Below, in pieces: positions 38,898 through 50,186 of a stretch of 64,000 nt of DNA. A program made the translations under genes and the position numbers. This stretch comes from Chthonomonadaceae bacterium. Lineage in GTDB: Bacteria > Armatimonadota > Chthonomonadetes > Chthonomonadales > Chthonomonadaceae. The notes under the pieces are model-generated. The model saw only the letters and a list, made by a program, of their open reading frames with translations, was not told the origin of the DNA and searched no databases. Positions within the stretch are counted from its first letter, which is position 1. Every line of letters starts with the position of its first letter. The stretch covers positions 1 through 64,000 of the forward strand of contig DASRGZ010000206.1 in NCBI GenBank assembly GCA_035650735.1, in the 5' to 3' direction.

Positions 38898-40818
38898 GCC
38901 GCCGCGCGGAAAGGTCCGCTGACGCCGCTGCGGGCGCGTAACCGTTGGTCAGCGCCTGCTCTACCTTGTTGAACTGCTGGTGGTAAAGCGTGGCATACAG
39001 CCCGCCCTGCGCCAGCAGTTCTTCGTGACGGCCTGCCTCCACCAGCCTTCCTTGATCCAGCACCAGAATCTTATCGGCGTTGAGGATCGTGGAAAGCCGG
39101 TGGGCGATGATCAGCGACGTGCGCCCGCGCAGCAGGGTTTCCAACGCCTGCTGGATCAGGTACTCCGAGGTCGCATCCAGGTTGCTCGTGGCCTCATCGA
39201 GAATGAGGATACGCGGGTCCTTGAGCAGCGCCCGCGCGATGGAGAGGCGCTGCCGCTCCCCACCGGAGAGCCGGAAGGCGCGCTCGCCAACCACCGTGTC
39301 GTAGCCTTCCGGTAGGCTCTGGATAAACGTATGGATGTTGGCGGCCTGCGCCGCCGTGATCATCTCCTCCTCGGTGGCGTCGGGACGGGCATAGAGCAGG
39401 TTCTGGCGCACGGTCGCATGGAACAGGAACGTCTCCTGGGTGACCATCCCGATATGGGCGCGCAGGCTCTCCTGTGTCAGATCACGCAGGTCGTATCCGT
39501 CGAGGGTGATGCGTCCCTCCGTCGGGTCAAAGAAGCGGGGCAGCAGGTAGGTCACGGTCGTCTTGCCGGCCCCGCTCGGCCCCACCAGCGCCACCCGCTC
39601 GCCGGGCAGAATCTCGAAGCTGACGTCGCGGAGGGCGCACCGTCCCGTCTCGATTGCCGAGGGATAGGCAAAACCGACTCCCTCGAACCGGAGGTGCCCT
39701 CTGGCCGAGGAGAGCGCCACCGCCTCCGGCCTGTCCTCCACTTCCGGCTGCACGTCCAAAAACTGGAAGATGCGCTCGAAGACCCCCAGCGCTGCCTGTA
39801 CGTCCACATAGACGTTGGCCAGGTTCGCCAGGGGCCGGTAGAGGTTGGTCAGATAGGCGACGAAGGCGATGATCGTGCCGACCGTAAGCTGCCGCAGAAT
39901 CGCCTGATAGCCGCCATATGCATAGATCAGCGCGGGGCCGGTAACGCTAAACACGCTCAGGCACATAAACAGCCAGCGTCCCGCCAGCGCCTGCCGAATG
40001 TTGAGATTCATCACCCGGCGGTTGTGCTTTGTAAAGACCTCCGCATCGGCTCTGGTCTGCCCGAATATCTTCATCAGCATCATGCCGCCGATATTCAGCC
40101 GCTCCTGTAGGAACGCCAGCAGGTCGGCCTGGGTCTCCTGCGTCTTCAGGGCAAGCCGACGGCGGATCTTGCCGACGACGCGCGTGGGCAGGTAGAGGCC
40201 GGGCACGATGATTACCGACAGCAGCGCCAGCCGCCAGTTCATCGCGAAGATGACGGCGATGGTGGCGAGCGCGGTCAGCAGATTGCTGAGGATAGTAATG
40301 AGCGTCGCGGTCGCCACGCCCTGCACGGCAGCTACGTCGTTGTTGATCCGCGAGACGATCTCGCCGGCGCGCGTGGTCGTGTAGAAGGGCAGCGACATCT
40401 TTTGAAGGTGCTGAAAGAGACGGTTGCGCAGGTCGAAGACGATCCCCTCGCCGACACGCGCATTCAGGTAGTTTTGCAGCACGCCGATTAGGCCGATCAG
40501 GATGTTCAATCCGATGATCGCCCCCACCAGCAGCAAGAGCAGGCGCAGGCTGCGATGAGGAATGGCCTGGTCGAGGATGCCCCGCACGACCAGCGGCGGC
40601 AGCACGCCCAGCGCGGCGGTCGCGGCGATGCAGGCAAAGATGACGAGCCACTGCCGCCAGTAGGGAACGAAGTACTGCGCCACGCGCCTTAGCTGCGCCC
40701 GCTCTATTCGGATGGGCTGCCCCTTCTCTGTTCCATAGTTCTGGTTCTTCAAGCCGAAGGTGCGGGACAGCCCGCCCAGGCTGCGCTCCGGCCCCATCCA
40801 GCCGCCTCCGCCTCCCAT
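38863..40818 (-). CDS. ABC exporter (fused permease and ATPase)
   Basis: [28 protein letters not shown]. Confidence 0.95.
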   Translation of the reverse strand: MGGGGGWMGPERSLGGLSRTFGLKNQNYGTEKGQPIRIERAQLRRVAQYFVPYWRQWLVIFACIAATAALGVLPPLVVRGILDQAIPHRSLRLLLLLVGAIIGLNILIGLIGVLQNYLNARVGEGIVFDLRNRLFQHLQKMSLPFYTTTRAGEIVSRINNDVAAVQGVATATLITILSNLLTALATIAVIFAMNWRLALLSVIIVPGLYLPTRVVGKIRRRLALKTQETQADLLAFLQERLNIGGMMLMKIFGQTRADAEVFTKHNRRVMNLNIRQALAGRWLFMCLSVFSVTGPALIYAYGGYQAILRQLTVGTIIAFVAYLTNLYRPLANLANVYVDVQAALGVFERIFQFLDVQPEVEDRPEAVALSSARGHLRFEGVGFAYPSAIETGRCALRDVSFEILPGERVALVGPSGAGKTTVTYLLPRFFDPTEGRITLDGYDLRDLTQESLRAHIGMVTQETFLFHATVRQNLLYARPDATEEEMITAAQAANIHTFIQSLPEGYDTVVGERAFRLSGGERQRLSIARALLKDPRILILDEATSNLDATSEYLIQQALETLLRGRTSLIIAHRLSTILNADKILVLDQGRLVEAGRHEELLAQGGLYATLYHQQFNKVEQALTNGYAPAAASADLSARRPIAGTNLPTAR

Positions 40819-41282
40819 CAGATAAGCCCCTCCTCTCGTTTCTGCCGAAGCCCGCGCCGCAGCTTGGTCAGCAGCGCAATCAGCTGCTCTTTTTCTTCGC
40901 CGGTCAGGCAGCTCAACAGCTCGGACAGAAGCTGCCGGTGGTGCGGCAGCGCCGCCTCCAGTAGCGCGGCGCCCTGCTCCGTCAGCTTTGCCAGCGTCAC
41001 GCGGCGGTCGCTGTGGCTATCGCGCTGCACAAGACCTTCCCGCTCCAGACGGTCTATCAACCCTGTCACGTTCGCCTTGGTCACCACTAAGTGCCGCCCG
41101 ATCTCGCTCAGCGGCATACCCTGCGCGCCCGCATCGCGCAGCACGAGCAGCGCGTTCAATTGCGCTCCCGTCAGATTAAGCTCACGCAGCCCCCGATCTA
41201 TAAAGGGATTGAGCATGCTGTGCGTCCGCAACAGGTTGTAGACCAGCAGCGCCTCCGTATCCGCCGCCGTGCGCTCCTGCAT
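40818..41282 (-). CDS. MarR-family regulator
   Basis: LTGAQLNAL..VTGLIDRLE..DRR..LT; stop overlaps ABC start. Confidence 0.93.
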   Translation of the reverse strand: MQERTAADTEALLVYNLLRTHSMLNPFIDRGLRELNLTGAQLNALLVLRDAGAQGMPLSEIGRHLVVTKANVTGLIDRLEREGLVQRDSHSDRRVTLAKLTEQGAALLEAALPHHRQLLSELLSCLTGEEKEQLIALLTKLRRGLRQKREEGLI

Positions 41283-41334
41283 CTGTCATTACTCCTTCTG
41301 CCATTGATAACGCTTCCTCTCGCAATCCAGTATA

Positions 41335-41364
41335 ATGTTAACATATTTACAATCAACGTGTCAA
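41335..41364 (-). promoter_or_regulatory. marR promoter with overlapping palindrome (candidate operator)
   Basis: TTGACA-18 bp-TAACAT; palindrome ATGTTAACAT at 41335-41344. Confidence 0.6.
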
Positions 41365-41639
41365 TCTTTTAAAAGATGAAAAGGGCAAGGGCTTTTCTTC
41401 ATCCTTTCTCTAAGGCGTTTCCAATCCAGCGCCGTGCCGTCTAATGTGGTAGAATAGAACGATAGCCGGCAGGCCAACTGCCGCACGCCTTCCGTGATAC
41501 CGACCCCATTGCGCACAGCCATAGCTCTCTAAAGCCTGCCAGAACGCTCTGCTTTCGCGGCGCTGGCGTAGGCTTCCCCTCCTTCCTCCATCTGACCTCA
41601 CAGAGGGGCATTTTTCGATCTCAGGAGTCAGGGACAAAG

Positions 41640-42314
41640 GTGAGAACCAGGTTTTTATCTACAACCAACTGGTTGATCTCTGCCGCACTGCTAGGGTTGA
41701 TGATACTCTTTACCCTTCCGATGCCCGCCTCGGCGTCGCTTCGCATCGTTGGAAAATCGCGGCATACGGCGCTCTGGCAGCGCATCTATGATCATCTTCC
41801 GGAAGGCTGGAAAACCGATCAGACGGTTATCGTCCAGGAGGTATCGCCGGCCGATTTGAACGGCAACAGGGGGGGCGAGGAAGCCTATGACGGCAGAGAT
41901 GACAATGAGAACGACCAGGACACAAGCATTGATGGGGATTATCAGGAGGGGGATGAGGAAGAGGGCCAGCTTCCGACGATCCGGCTGTCAAGTGCCCTAG
42001 ATGACGAAGATGCCGGCCTTGTTTTTGCCCATGAGTACGGCCACTTTATCTGGAACGAGAAGCTGACGAGGGCGCAGCGGAGAGAGTACCGGCATTTATG
42101 GTGGCAGCAAAGCGAATCCGGGCATCTGGTGACGGAATATGCCGGCGATGACCCGGAAGAGGGCTTTGCGGAAGCGTTTTCCTATTTTGTTCAGAGGCCG
42201 GCCAGGTTACGGCGTCGCGACGAGGAATCATGGCGGTTCCTGCTTTCGCTCCAACAAGACTTGAAAAAGAGGGAATCTCCGGACGCCCCCCAGGCGGACC
42301 AGCTTCTACAGTGA
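41640..42314 (+). CDS. Secreted HExxH zinc metallopeptidase-like protein (lethal-factor/zincin-like)
   Basis: Signal peptide; AHEYGH and TEYA..EEGFAEAF. Confidence 0.75.
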   Translation: MRTRFLSTTNWLISAALLGLMILFTLPMPASASLRIVGKSRHTALWQRIYDHLPEGWKTDQTVIVQEVSPADLNGNRGGEEAYDGRDDNENDQDTSIDGDYQEGDEEEGQLPTIRLSSALDDEDAGLVFAHEYGHFIWNEKLTRAQRREYRHLWWQQSESGHLVTEYAGDDPEEGFAEAFSYFVQRPARLRRRDEESWRFLLSLQQDLKKRESPDAPQADQLLQ

Positions 42315-42339
42315 AACGCAAGTAGGGCTTGTCTGCCTG

Positions 42340-42391
42340 ACCTAACCCCCCATCCCCCTTCCCTACAAGGGAAGGGGGATGGGGGGTTAGG
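42340..42391. repeat. Minimal (uninterrupted) family A palindrome
   Basis: cctaacccccatcccccttccctacaagggaagggggatggggggttagg. Confidence 0.85.
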
Positions 42392-42398
42392 TTCGGAA

Positions 42399-44207
42399 TT
42401 AATCCCGCGAGGCCGTCAGGCCCGAGAGCAGCAGACCAAAACCGACCACCACATTCGCGGCCACCCAGGGCAGCAGCTGCCACGCCCCGATCTCCGGCCC
42501 GACCGGCACCGTGCCGCGCAGGAACTCCCAGCCCAGATGCAGCGCCAGGCCCAGCGCCATCCAGCCGAGCAGCCGCCGCTCCGTCTTGCCTTCCGCGCCC
42601 AGCACCAGCAGCGCACCCGGTATCAGGATGCTGTGGCCGATCAGGTTCAGATGGGAGGTCATGCCCAGGTAACCCGTCAGCCAGTCCGGTAGCAGTAGGC
42701 CCAGCGCCAGCGCGGCGGTGCCCCAGAACGGATAGCCCTGGCTGCTGCCCGCTTTCTGGCGCAGGCGCCCGATGGCATAGCAGCCAGCAAACAGCGCCAC
42801 GACCATCCAGAACCGTGCCACGCCGTCGCCGTAGATCGCGCCCGCCAGCTTAGCCGCCGCCCCGGCATTCACGATGCCTGCGCCGTACTTGTTTGCCGGC
42901 CCCTTCTTCTGTGCCGTCCGCTGTAGAATGGCGCGTACCTCGTCCGGGTCCTTGATGCCCTGCGACTCGACCAGCGCGGCCACGGCGGCGACATGCGGCG
43001 AGGCCATGGAGGTGCCCTGGAACGCATAGTAATCGTCTACCAGATTGCCGTTGTCGCCGCGCAGCACCGTGTTCTGCAGGATGCCACCGTGATCGGGGTC
43101 TTGCAACTTGTCACCGCCGGGCGCGGCCAGGGCGACCTGCTTGCCCCAGGAGGAGTAGAAGCTCAGCTCACCGTTCGGCCCTACCGCCGAGACGGCGATG
43201 CACTCCTTGAACGCCGCCGGGTAGCCCACGCCTTCGCGCCCGGAGTTGCCCGCCGCGCAGACGATGGTGACGCCTTTCTTATGGGCGTACTCGCACGCCG
43301 ACTGCATCAGCCGGTCCGGGTACGGCCCGCCCAGGCTCATGTTGATCACTTTAGCACCGTGATCGGCGGCCCACCGGATCGCCTCGGCAATATCGGCGGA
43401 GGTGCCGCGCCCATCGGCGGTCAGCACCTTGAGCGGCATGATGGTCGCGTCAAACGCCAGGCCCGCCACGCCCTCGTTGTTGTCGGTGCTCTCGGCAATC
43501 GTTCCGGCGACGTGCGTGCCGTGCCCATGATCGTCATTGGGCAGATCATCACGGGAGATAAAGTCATAGCCGCGCGTGAAGCGCGTCTCCTTAAAATCGC
43601 GGCAGATCTTGCCCTTGCGCGTATTATCGTAGGCGACGCCGGTATCAATGACGGCCACCACGACGCCCTTGCCCCGCGTGACCTCCCACGCCTCCTCCGA
43701 CTTGACCATCTGGAAGTTCCACTGCTCACTGTAGCGCGGATCGTTAGGCTTCCAGCGGCCCCGGTCGGGAGCCTCGCCGCCCTCTGCCGGCTGCAGGCGG
43801 TCCGCTGCCAGGTCTTCGGGCACGCGGTAGAAATGCACCACGTCGGCGGCTTCCACGCGCGGGTCGGCCCGCAGCGCCGCCAGCGCCGAGCTCACGCCCA
43901 ATCCGGCGGGCAGCGTCAGGCGCGCGATGCCCGTCTCCAGCGAAAGCGGGCTGTTCCAAGCCAGCGGCACGCCCAACCTCCCGCCCAGATCGGCCAGCGC
44001 ATTCTGGCCTACTCCCGGCTTGAACTGCACCTCGACCTCGTTCGGGCTGACCCAATCGCTCACATTGGCGGCAGGCACATTCAGCGGCGTCGGCGCCTCC
44101 TCCCGAACGGCGGACGCGCGCCATGCCAGCGCTATCGGCACAGCCGCCAGCGCCAGCCCCAACGCCGTGATCCAGCGTAAGATGGCAGAACCAGACTTCT
44201 CGCGCAT
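42399..44207 (-). CDS. S8 subtilase with C-terminal membrane region
   Basis: IDTG, HGTHVAG, AAGN, GTSMASPHV. Confidence 0.95.
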   Translation of the reverse strand: MREKSGSAILRWITALGLALAAVPIALAWRASAVREEAPTPLNVPAANVSDWVSPNEVEVQFKPGVGQNALADLGGRLGVPLAWNSPLSLETGIARLTLPAGLGVSSALAALRADPRVEAADVVHFYRVPEDLAADRLQPAEGGEAPDRGRWKPNDPRYSEQWNFQMVKSEEAWEVTRGKGVVVAVIDTGVAYDNTRKGKICRDFKETRFTRGYDFISRDDLPNDDHGHGTHVAGTIAESTDNNEGVAGLAFDATIMPLKVLTADGRGTSADIAEAIRWAADHGAKVINMSLGGPYPDRLMQSACEYAHKKGVTIVCAAGNSGREGVGYPAAFKECIAVSAVGPNGELSFYSSWGKQVALAAPGGDKLQDPDHGGILQNTVLRGDNGNLVDDYYAFQGTSMASPHVAAVAALVESQGIKDPDEVRAILQRTAQKKGPANKYGAGIVNAGAAAKLAGAIYGDGVARFWMVVALFAGCYAIGRLRQKAGSSQGYPFWGTAALALGLLLPDWLTGYLGMTSHLNLIGHSILIPGALLVLGAEGKTERRLLGWMALGLALHLGWEFLRGTVPVGPEIGAWQLLPWVAANVVVGFGLLLSGLTASRD

Positions 44208-44333
44208 CGCTTACCTCTTTCTCTCTGCCAGGCGACTCACGCTCTGGCCCTTTCCACTTGCAATGCTCCGGCACACGTCCCGGCAGCAACCTCCGCCCCT
44301 GGAGCAAAGCCCCACGCCCTGTAGTGACTAAAG

Positions 44334-44531
44334 ACCTCACCCCCGGCCCCTCGTTAGGGTGTAGGGGATAGGGTGTGGGGAGTAGGGGCGCCCTCCCCCC
44401 TATCCCCACTGCAAAGGTCGGGGCTACAATGATTCGCCCCTCCGCCTTGCGACCCCCGGCGCTGCGGGAGAGGGGGAACCGAGAAGCCGGTTCCCCCCCT
44501 TCCCTTTTAGGGAAGGGGGAGGGGGGTTAGG
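44334..44531. repeat. Family A repeat with a 46-bp element (44408-44453, minus strand)
   Basis: Same arms as other copies. Confidence 0.8.
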
Positions 44532-44544
44532 TAAATCAGCGACA

Positions 44545-44736
44545 CTAGCGCGGCAGCCAGTCCTTGTGCTTGCGCAGGATGTATTCGTAGCGGTCGTGCA
44601 TCTTGCCGGTGCGCTCGTCGAACAGCGGCGTCCCGCCCGTATACACCGTATCCTTCGGGTCGCCGTACTCGTTGAGGCCCTGCTTCTTGATCATCTCGTC
44701 AATCCACTTCTTCTTCTGATCATCTAATTCGGCCAT
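44545..44736 (-). CDS. Small hypothetical protein
   Basis: LNEYGDP..TVYTGGTPLFDERTG; RBS aggagg. Confidence 0.8.
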   Translation of the reverse strand: MAELDDQKKKWIDEMIKKQGLNEYGDPKDTVYTGGTPLFDERTGKMHDRYEYILRKHKDWLPR

Positions 44737-44973
44737 TGTTCCAATCCTCCTGCTTGAAATCTAGCCCCAGGCCGACGAATAGGCCGGCCCGCCCTCATTT
44801 TCCTTGCATTATTATAGACTATAGACGCGAACGCCGTAGCGGTAGTTTCACATGCTGCAATACACCTGGCGAAAGGCCATTACAGGGGAACCTGGGAGGA
44901 AACCCTGTCCGTCTGTAGAAGTACAACGAGATAGAATTGCGATCCTTCTACATGTGTGAATCAGGAGAATGCA

Positions 44974-45174
44974 ATGAACAAAGTTCAAGGCGGAGCTATT
45001 CTCATCGGCGTCGCTATCGTCATGAACATAGTAGGGCGGCTATTCGCTCTTGCCGCCCACGATAGCCGCAATCTGACCGTCGCCGGAATTCTGGCAGTCT
45101 GGATGTTTGTGTCCATCGTTATAGGGATATTTGGCCTCTTCCACCTAATCGTAGGCTTAATTAAACGCAGCTAA
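44974..45174 (+). CDS. Small two-TM protein
   Basis: Two hydrophobic helices; RBS aggag. Confidence 0.65.
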   Translation: MNKVQGGAILIGVAIVMNIVGRLFALAAHDSRNLTVAGILAVWMFVSIVIGIFGLFHLIVGLIKRS

Positions 45175-45291
45175 AGAGTTCGGAAGGCACGCTGGCCGAC
45201 TCCTACAGCATCCAGTCACTTATCTGACGAAGAACGGTCCTATTGCTTGGCCAATCTCACTTAGCGTGAGGGGAACGTCCTATTCCCTAGG

Positions 45292-47358
45292 CTACGGAGC
45301 GCCCAAGCGTTTGGCATCAGAAACGGGTACTAATCGCACGCAAGTCTCCGTTATCTCCACACGGCCTTGTTGCTTGCAGAGAACAATGCCATCCGCGATG
45401 CGCTTCCTCACCTTTGGTCCCGTCCGATTATATCCGAGGAGACGTGCCACCTGGGTAACGAGTTCGTCAGGCTGTATAGCAAAGGCATCCCGGACACGGA
45501 GGAAACAGGCTTCCGCAATCTCTTCCAGGGATATATACTCTATGGAGCGCACCGGAGCATGCTCGGTCGGAACGCGGACAAAGATTTGGGACAGTTCTAC
45601 GGGCCACAGAAAATCCCCTCGAATCTGTATTGCTCGACGCATCTGAGCGCGGCTAGCGGCGCTCTGAATTGTTCTTACCAGATTTGCGCCCGCCTTTCCC
45701 ATACCCCAGAAGGCAACAACGCGCCGTGTCGCCTCCTCGATATGGATTGGCCCTTCCTGCTGAACAACATAAGTAAGGACATTCGTAATCCGTCCAGGAT
45801 GGTACTGTGCCAGAAGATAAAAATCGGGAGGATTGCCTAATCGCTGTATTTGGCACGCCCGGTAAGGAATGACAGCCTCTGGCAACACCTCCGGACTGGT
45901 GTCTGTTTCTGAAAGAGTCAAAAGCTCCTCCTGACTAGGTTCGTCTTCCTCTGGATCGGATCCGGGCACTTCCTCAGGAACTTCTTGCAATTCGATAGGG
46001 GTTATCGGCGCCGCCGTATCTGCGTTGCGTGCGGCTGCCAGTGCCTCCACTACACGGAGTAGCTGGGCTTCCCGGTTACGTATCCAATCGGAAGACCAAA
46101 TACGCAGGATACGACCCCGCCAGCCCATGTCTTCCAGCACTTGCTGTCGGAGCCTGTCCCGATCACGGGCTGTTTTGGAGGAGTGATAGGTAGCGCCATC
46201 GCATTCAATACCCAATAGGTAGCGGCCCGGATGAGCGTCATCTACAACGGCTAAATCAATGCGGTAGCCAGCGCAACCAACTTGACGATGCACCCTCAAT
46301 CCCCGCTCTTCCAATGCCCGGCAAACCTCTTCCTCAAACGGCGAGTCGAACTCCGCAGCGCCGGAAACCGTGCTCTCTTTAGCGAGAGCGGAAGGCCCAC
46401 GCTGCGCGAACTCCATATAGTACTTCAGTAGGGCCGGGCCTCTCTTATCTGTCCGGCTCAGATCTATATCCTGCGGCAAGATCGAACTGACCAGCTTGAC
46501 CTGATATTTGGCGCGCGTTATAGCCACGTTTAGCCGCCGTTCGCCGCCGTCCTTGTTGAGTGGGCCAAAATTCATGGACAATTTGCCATGTTGATCCCGC
46601 CCGTAGCCGACGCTAAAAAGGATGGTATCCCGTTCATCACCCTGCACATTTTCCAGGTTCTTGATAAAGAACGGCTCCTCACCTTCCTCCGCAAAGAACT
46701 GCTCGTACTCCGGCTTTTGAGTGCGCAAATGCCGAATTTCGTCATCTATGGCAGTCTGCTGCCGTTCGCTGAAGGCGATCACTCCCAGTGAGCGTTCCGG
46801 GCGCGTATCGAAGTGCTGGAAGACCAGTTCGGCAACCTTGCGCGCCTCTTCCCGGTTGGTGCCAGCACTTTGTCCTTTGCCACGAATATACACGCCGTTC
46901 GGCACGTAGATAAATTCGACACACCGGTCAGCGCCTTGCGCATCGGCCACATACGGGCCGGGAAAGGTCACCAGTCTGTTCTCATAAAAGTGGTGGTTGG
47001 AGAAGGCGATCAGCGCCTCACAGCGGCTGCGGTAGTGCCAGCGCAGCATCCATTGTGGCAGACCTGCTATCGTGGAGCATTCATCCAGAATGCTCTCGTA
47101 GATTTCCGTTGCTGCCTCCTCCTCTTCTTCCTCCGTGTCATAATCATCGGTAGCGCCTGCGGTGAAGAACCGCGTCGGCGGCAACTGCTTGCTATCCCCT
47201 ACCACGATGACCTGCTTGCCACGCATGATCGCCCCCACTGCATCCTCCGAGCAGATTTGCGAAGCTTCATCGAATATCACCGTATCGAACTGGATTGCCT
47301 CAGGATCGAGGAATGTCGCCACCGAGAGTGGACTCATCAGCAAGCATGGCTTGAGCGC
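45292..47358 (-). pseudogene. C-terminal part of an SF1 (Upf1-like) helicase / Vsr-like nuclease / DUF3320-type protein, 5'-truncated at IS630
   Basis: LKPCLLMSPLSVA, FDEASQ, GDSKQLPP, HYRS, ENVQGDERD, RRLNVAITRA, FEEEV..IECDG..RDRDRLRQ; Walker A region absent. Confidence 0.85.
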
Positions 47359-48572
47359 TAAGTAGACGCACCTAGTTCGTTCGTAGAAAGGCGTGGAGGA
47401 TCTTCACGCCATGTATCGTGTCCAGTTTGATGACGAGGCGCGCCAAGAACTCAACCGACGCGCCCACCAACCAGGGATTGCGCCCAGCACCCGCGACCGA
47501 CTGGAGATGCTGCGCCTCTCGGATGCGGGATGGAGCATCCCCAAGATCGCGTTGCATCTGAGCCTGCATGAACAAACCGTGCGCCGCTGGATCAAGGTCT
47601 TCCTTCTGGAAGGCTTTGACGCCCTGGTGGATCCACCCCGACCGGGCAAGCCTTCGGCCATCACCCAAGAGATCCTGGCGGCGGTGCGCGCATGGATCGA
47701 AGCAGGCGAGCGCATCTGGAGCGCAGGCCAGATCGCCGAAGAAGTCGACCGGGTCTAGGGCATCCGCCGGGGTGCCAAGCACTGGCGGCATCTTCTGCGG
47801 CGCGAAAAGATTGCCTACAAGCGCACCAGTCGTCACCTGACACACAAACAGAACCCGGAGCAGGTCGCCCGCAAGCAGGCAGAATGGGAAACCCTGCCAA
47901 AAAGGGGGAGGCAGGCGAGATAGACGTGTGTTCCCAGGACGAAGCGGGTTTTGCCATGACGCTTCCGACCTGTTATAGTTGGTTCCCCATCGGGAAGGTG
48001 TTGCGTATTCCCTACGAAGCGCCCCAGGGACGCCGGGTCAACGCCATCGGAGCCTACTTCTCGCACGGCCCCGAAACAGGACGCTTTGAGTTCGCCACCT
48101 ATGCCCGCCTGCCCAAAAACCGGGCCAAGAAACAGCGCAAGACACCAGAGCAGATTGCGGCAGCACAGGGCTTACTCCCAGAGGAGGTCGGCCCCATTGA
48201 CAGCAGGCGGTTTCTGGCCTTTGTCTGGCGGATCGCTGGCCGTCCCACGGTCTATGCCCCAGACTGGAAGCGGGAGCGCCCCTTGTGGATGGTGTTGGAC
48301 AACTACTCGGTGCATACCAGCCAACCGGTTCAGGAAGCTATCCCGGAGTTGGAAGCAGCGAACGTGTTTTTCTTCTATCTGCCCTCCTACAGTCCCGAAT
48401 TGTCGGAGATTGAGCCAATCTGGAAGGCGCTCAAGCATCACGAGATCCCGGTTCGCAGTCATTCGCAGGTCAAGGACTTGAAGGCTGCGGTGGACGCGGC
48501 ACTGACCAGGAAAGCCGAAGCATTGTTGGCAGCCCAACCAGAAACTAAGAACGAACTACGTGCGGCTGCTTA
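47359..48572 (+). mobile_element. IS630-family insertion sequence
   Basis: Termini TAAGTAGACGCACCTAGTTCGTTC / revcomp TAAGCAGCCGCACGTAGTTCGTTC; TA duplication at 47359-60 and 48571-72. Confidence 0.92.
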
Positions 48573-48573
48573 G
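47411..48573 (+). pseudogene. IS630 transposase with premature stop (47756-47758) and AAAAAGGGGG frameshift site (~47898)
   Basis: HTH ORF, then QDEAGF, LDNYSVH and LPSYSPELSEIE in the -1 frame. Confidence 0.85.
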
Positions 48574-48745
48574 GAACATATTGTTCGCCAGACTGCCCTC
48601 TATTCCTCCTATACGGCACCGGTAGCTATACCGGACTGAGAGTCTATGTTATAGAAATCTCAACTGCCGGTATCTAAGGCGAACCTTTCCCGCCTTGCCC
48701 GCGCCTACTATTACGAATCCTGATAACTATGGAGGGAAATCGCCC

Positions 48746-50086
48746 GTGCTGGATCCCGGCGATGAGATTCTGTTGCGGCGTTCGGCGCAGGGGGATGAGA
48801 GGGCCTTCGTGCAGCTTGTCCGCCGGTATCGGCAGGCGCTCGTCCGCTATGTCCGTTCCCGGATCGGCCATCCCGACGATGCCGAGGATGTCTTGCAGGA
48901 GACGCTGCTCGCCGCCTGGGTCGGGCTGCACCAGCTCCGCGATCCGACCAGCGTGCGCGCCTGGCTGCTGCAGGTGGCCCATCATCGCTGCCAGGACTAT
49001 TTCCGCGCGAAGGGACGGCGCGACGTGCCGACCGAAGAGCGGCACCTGGAGCAATACGCCAACCGGTTTGGCCTGCGCCAGTACCGCCAGGCGCGCACGC
49101 TCACCGAGGCCATGGAGGCTCTGGAAGCCATGCCGATGGCTGAGCGCGAAACTGCCAGGCGGTTCTACCTGGAAGGGCTGACCATCGCCGAGATAGCCGC
49201 CCAGACCCAATGCCCGCCCGGGACGGTCAAGCGGCGGCTCTTCCAGGCGCGCAATCTACTTCGCCAGACCCTGGGCGTTGCCCTCCAGGAAAGGAGTGCG
49301 GACATGGGTAAGCAGGCACGAGCCGCGCGCACGCCCGCGTTCCCGGCGCAGCGCCCGCAGATCACGATCACCCCGAGCGAGGAGGCGCCGTTCCCGGTGG
49401 ATTGCCCGGAACTGCGCTGGTGGTCCATTATCCCCCGCGTAGGCGAGCGGGCCTCCTGGGCCGAATATGAGCCGCCCCATTGGAATCTGATGGAGGTGAC
49501 GGAGATGCAGGTGGTGCGCCCGGCTAAAGTTCACGACGTGGAGGGGGTCGAGATCGAGATCCGGCCCTGGAAGGCCGAGGCAGGCTGGCAGCCCCCCTGG
49601 ACGATGGTTGGCCGGCTGACCGAGCAGAAAGCGCAGTATCTGGCGACGATCCGGCAGCACGAGGGAACCACCCTGGTGTTTACTTTCCTCGATGCGGACT
49701 TCGATTGGGATTGGGGCGAGATGGATCGCGTGCTGGAGGATCGGGGGCGTTTCCTTCAGGAAGCCGATGGCTCGCTAAGGCTGGTGGGCAGCGCCGCCAA
49801 TGGCGAGACCGGCGGCGCCGGCGTCTTCTCGGTAGCGGTTGACGACAAGCAGTTTACCTGTTTGCGCGTGCTGGAGGTGGGAAGCCCGGTGCAGGAGAAA
49901 ACCGCCCGGTTGATCGAGAGCTACCTGACGCGCGAGGGCCGCACCGTGCTCACGCGCCACTACTGTCACCCCGACTTTGCCCAGGTGGCCCGGTTTCCGG
50001 TGGTGGTGGACCCGACGGAGCGGCGCGTAGTGGAGGGAGCGCCCTTCGCACACTGGTACGACACGCTGACAGATCAAATCCTGTGA
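48746..50086 (+). CDS. ECF-type sigma-70 factor with long C-terminal extension
   Basis: GDERAF..DAEDVLQE..AWL; region 4 EIA..GTVKRRL.QAR; ~260 extra residues. Confidence 0.88.
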   Translation: MLDPGDEILLRRSAQGDERAFVQLVRRYRQALVRYVRSRIGHPDDAEDVLQETLLAAWVGLHQLRDPTSVRAWLLQVAHHRCQDYFRAKGRRDVPTEERHLEQYANRFGLRQYRQARTLTEAMEALEAMPMAERETARRFYLEGLTIAEIAAQTQCPPGTVKRRLFQARNLLRQTLGVALQERSADMGKQARAARTPAFPAQRPQITITPSEEAPFPVDCPELRWWSIIPRVGERASWAEYEPPHWNLMEVTEMQVVRPAKVHDVEGVEIEIRPWKAEAGWQPPWTMVGRLTEQKAQYLATIRQHEGTTLVFTFLDADFDWDWGEMDRVLEDRGRFLQEADGSLRLVGSAANGETGGAGVFSVAVDDKQFTCLRVLEVGSPVQEKTARLIESYLTREGRTVLTRHYCHPDFAQVARFPVVVDPTERRVVEGAPFAHWYDTLTDQIL

Positions 50087-50186
50087 GGCTCGCCCGCAGC
50101 CTCCAGCGTGGAGCCGGCCCTGTCAGAAAGTGCTGGCTCCGTCCTTTTGCCGCCGCGCCGATTGCGGCTCAGAAAGAAATGGCGCT

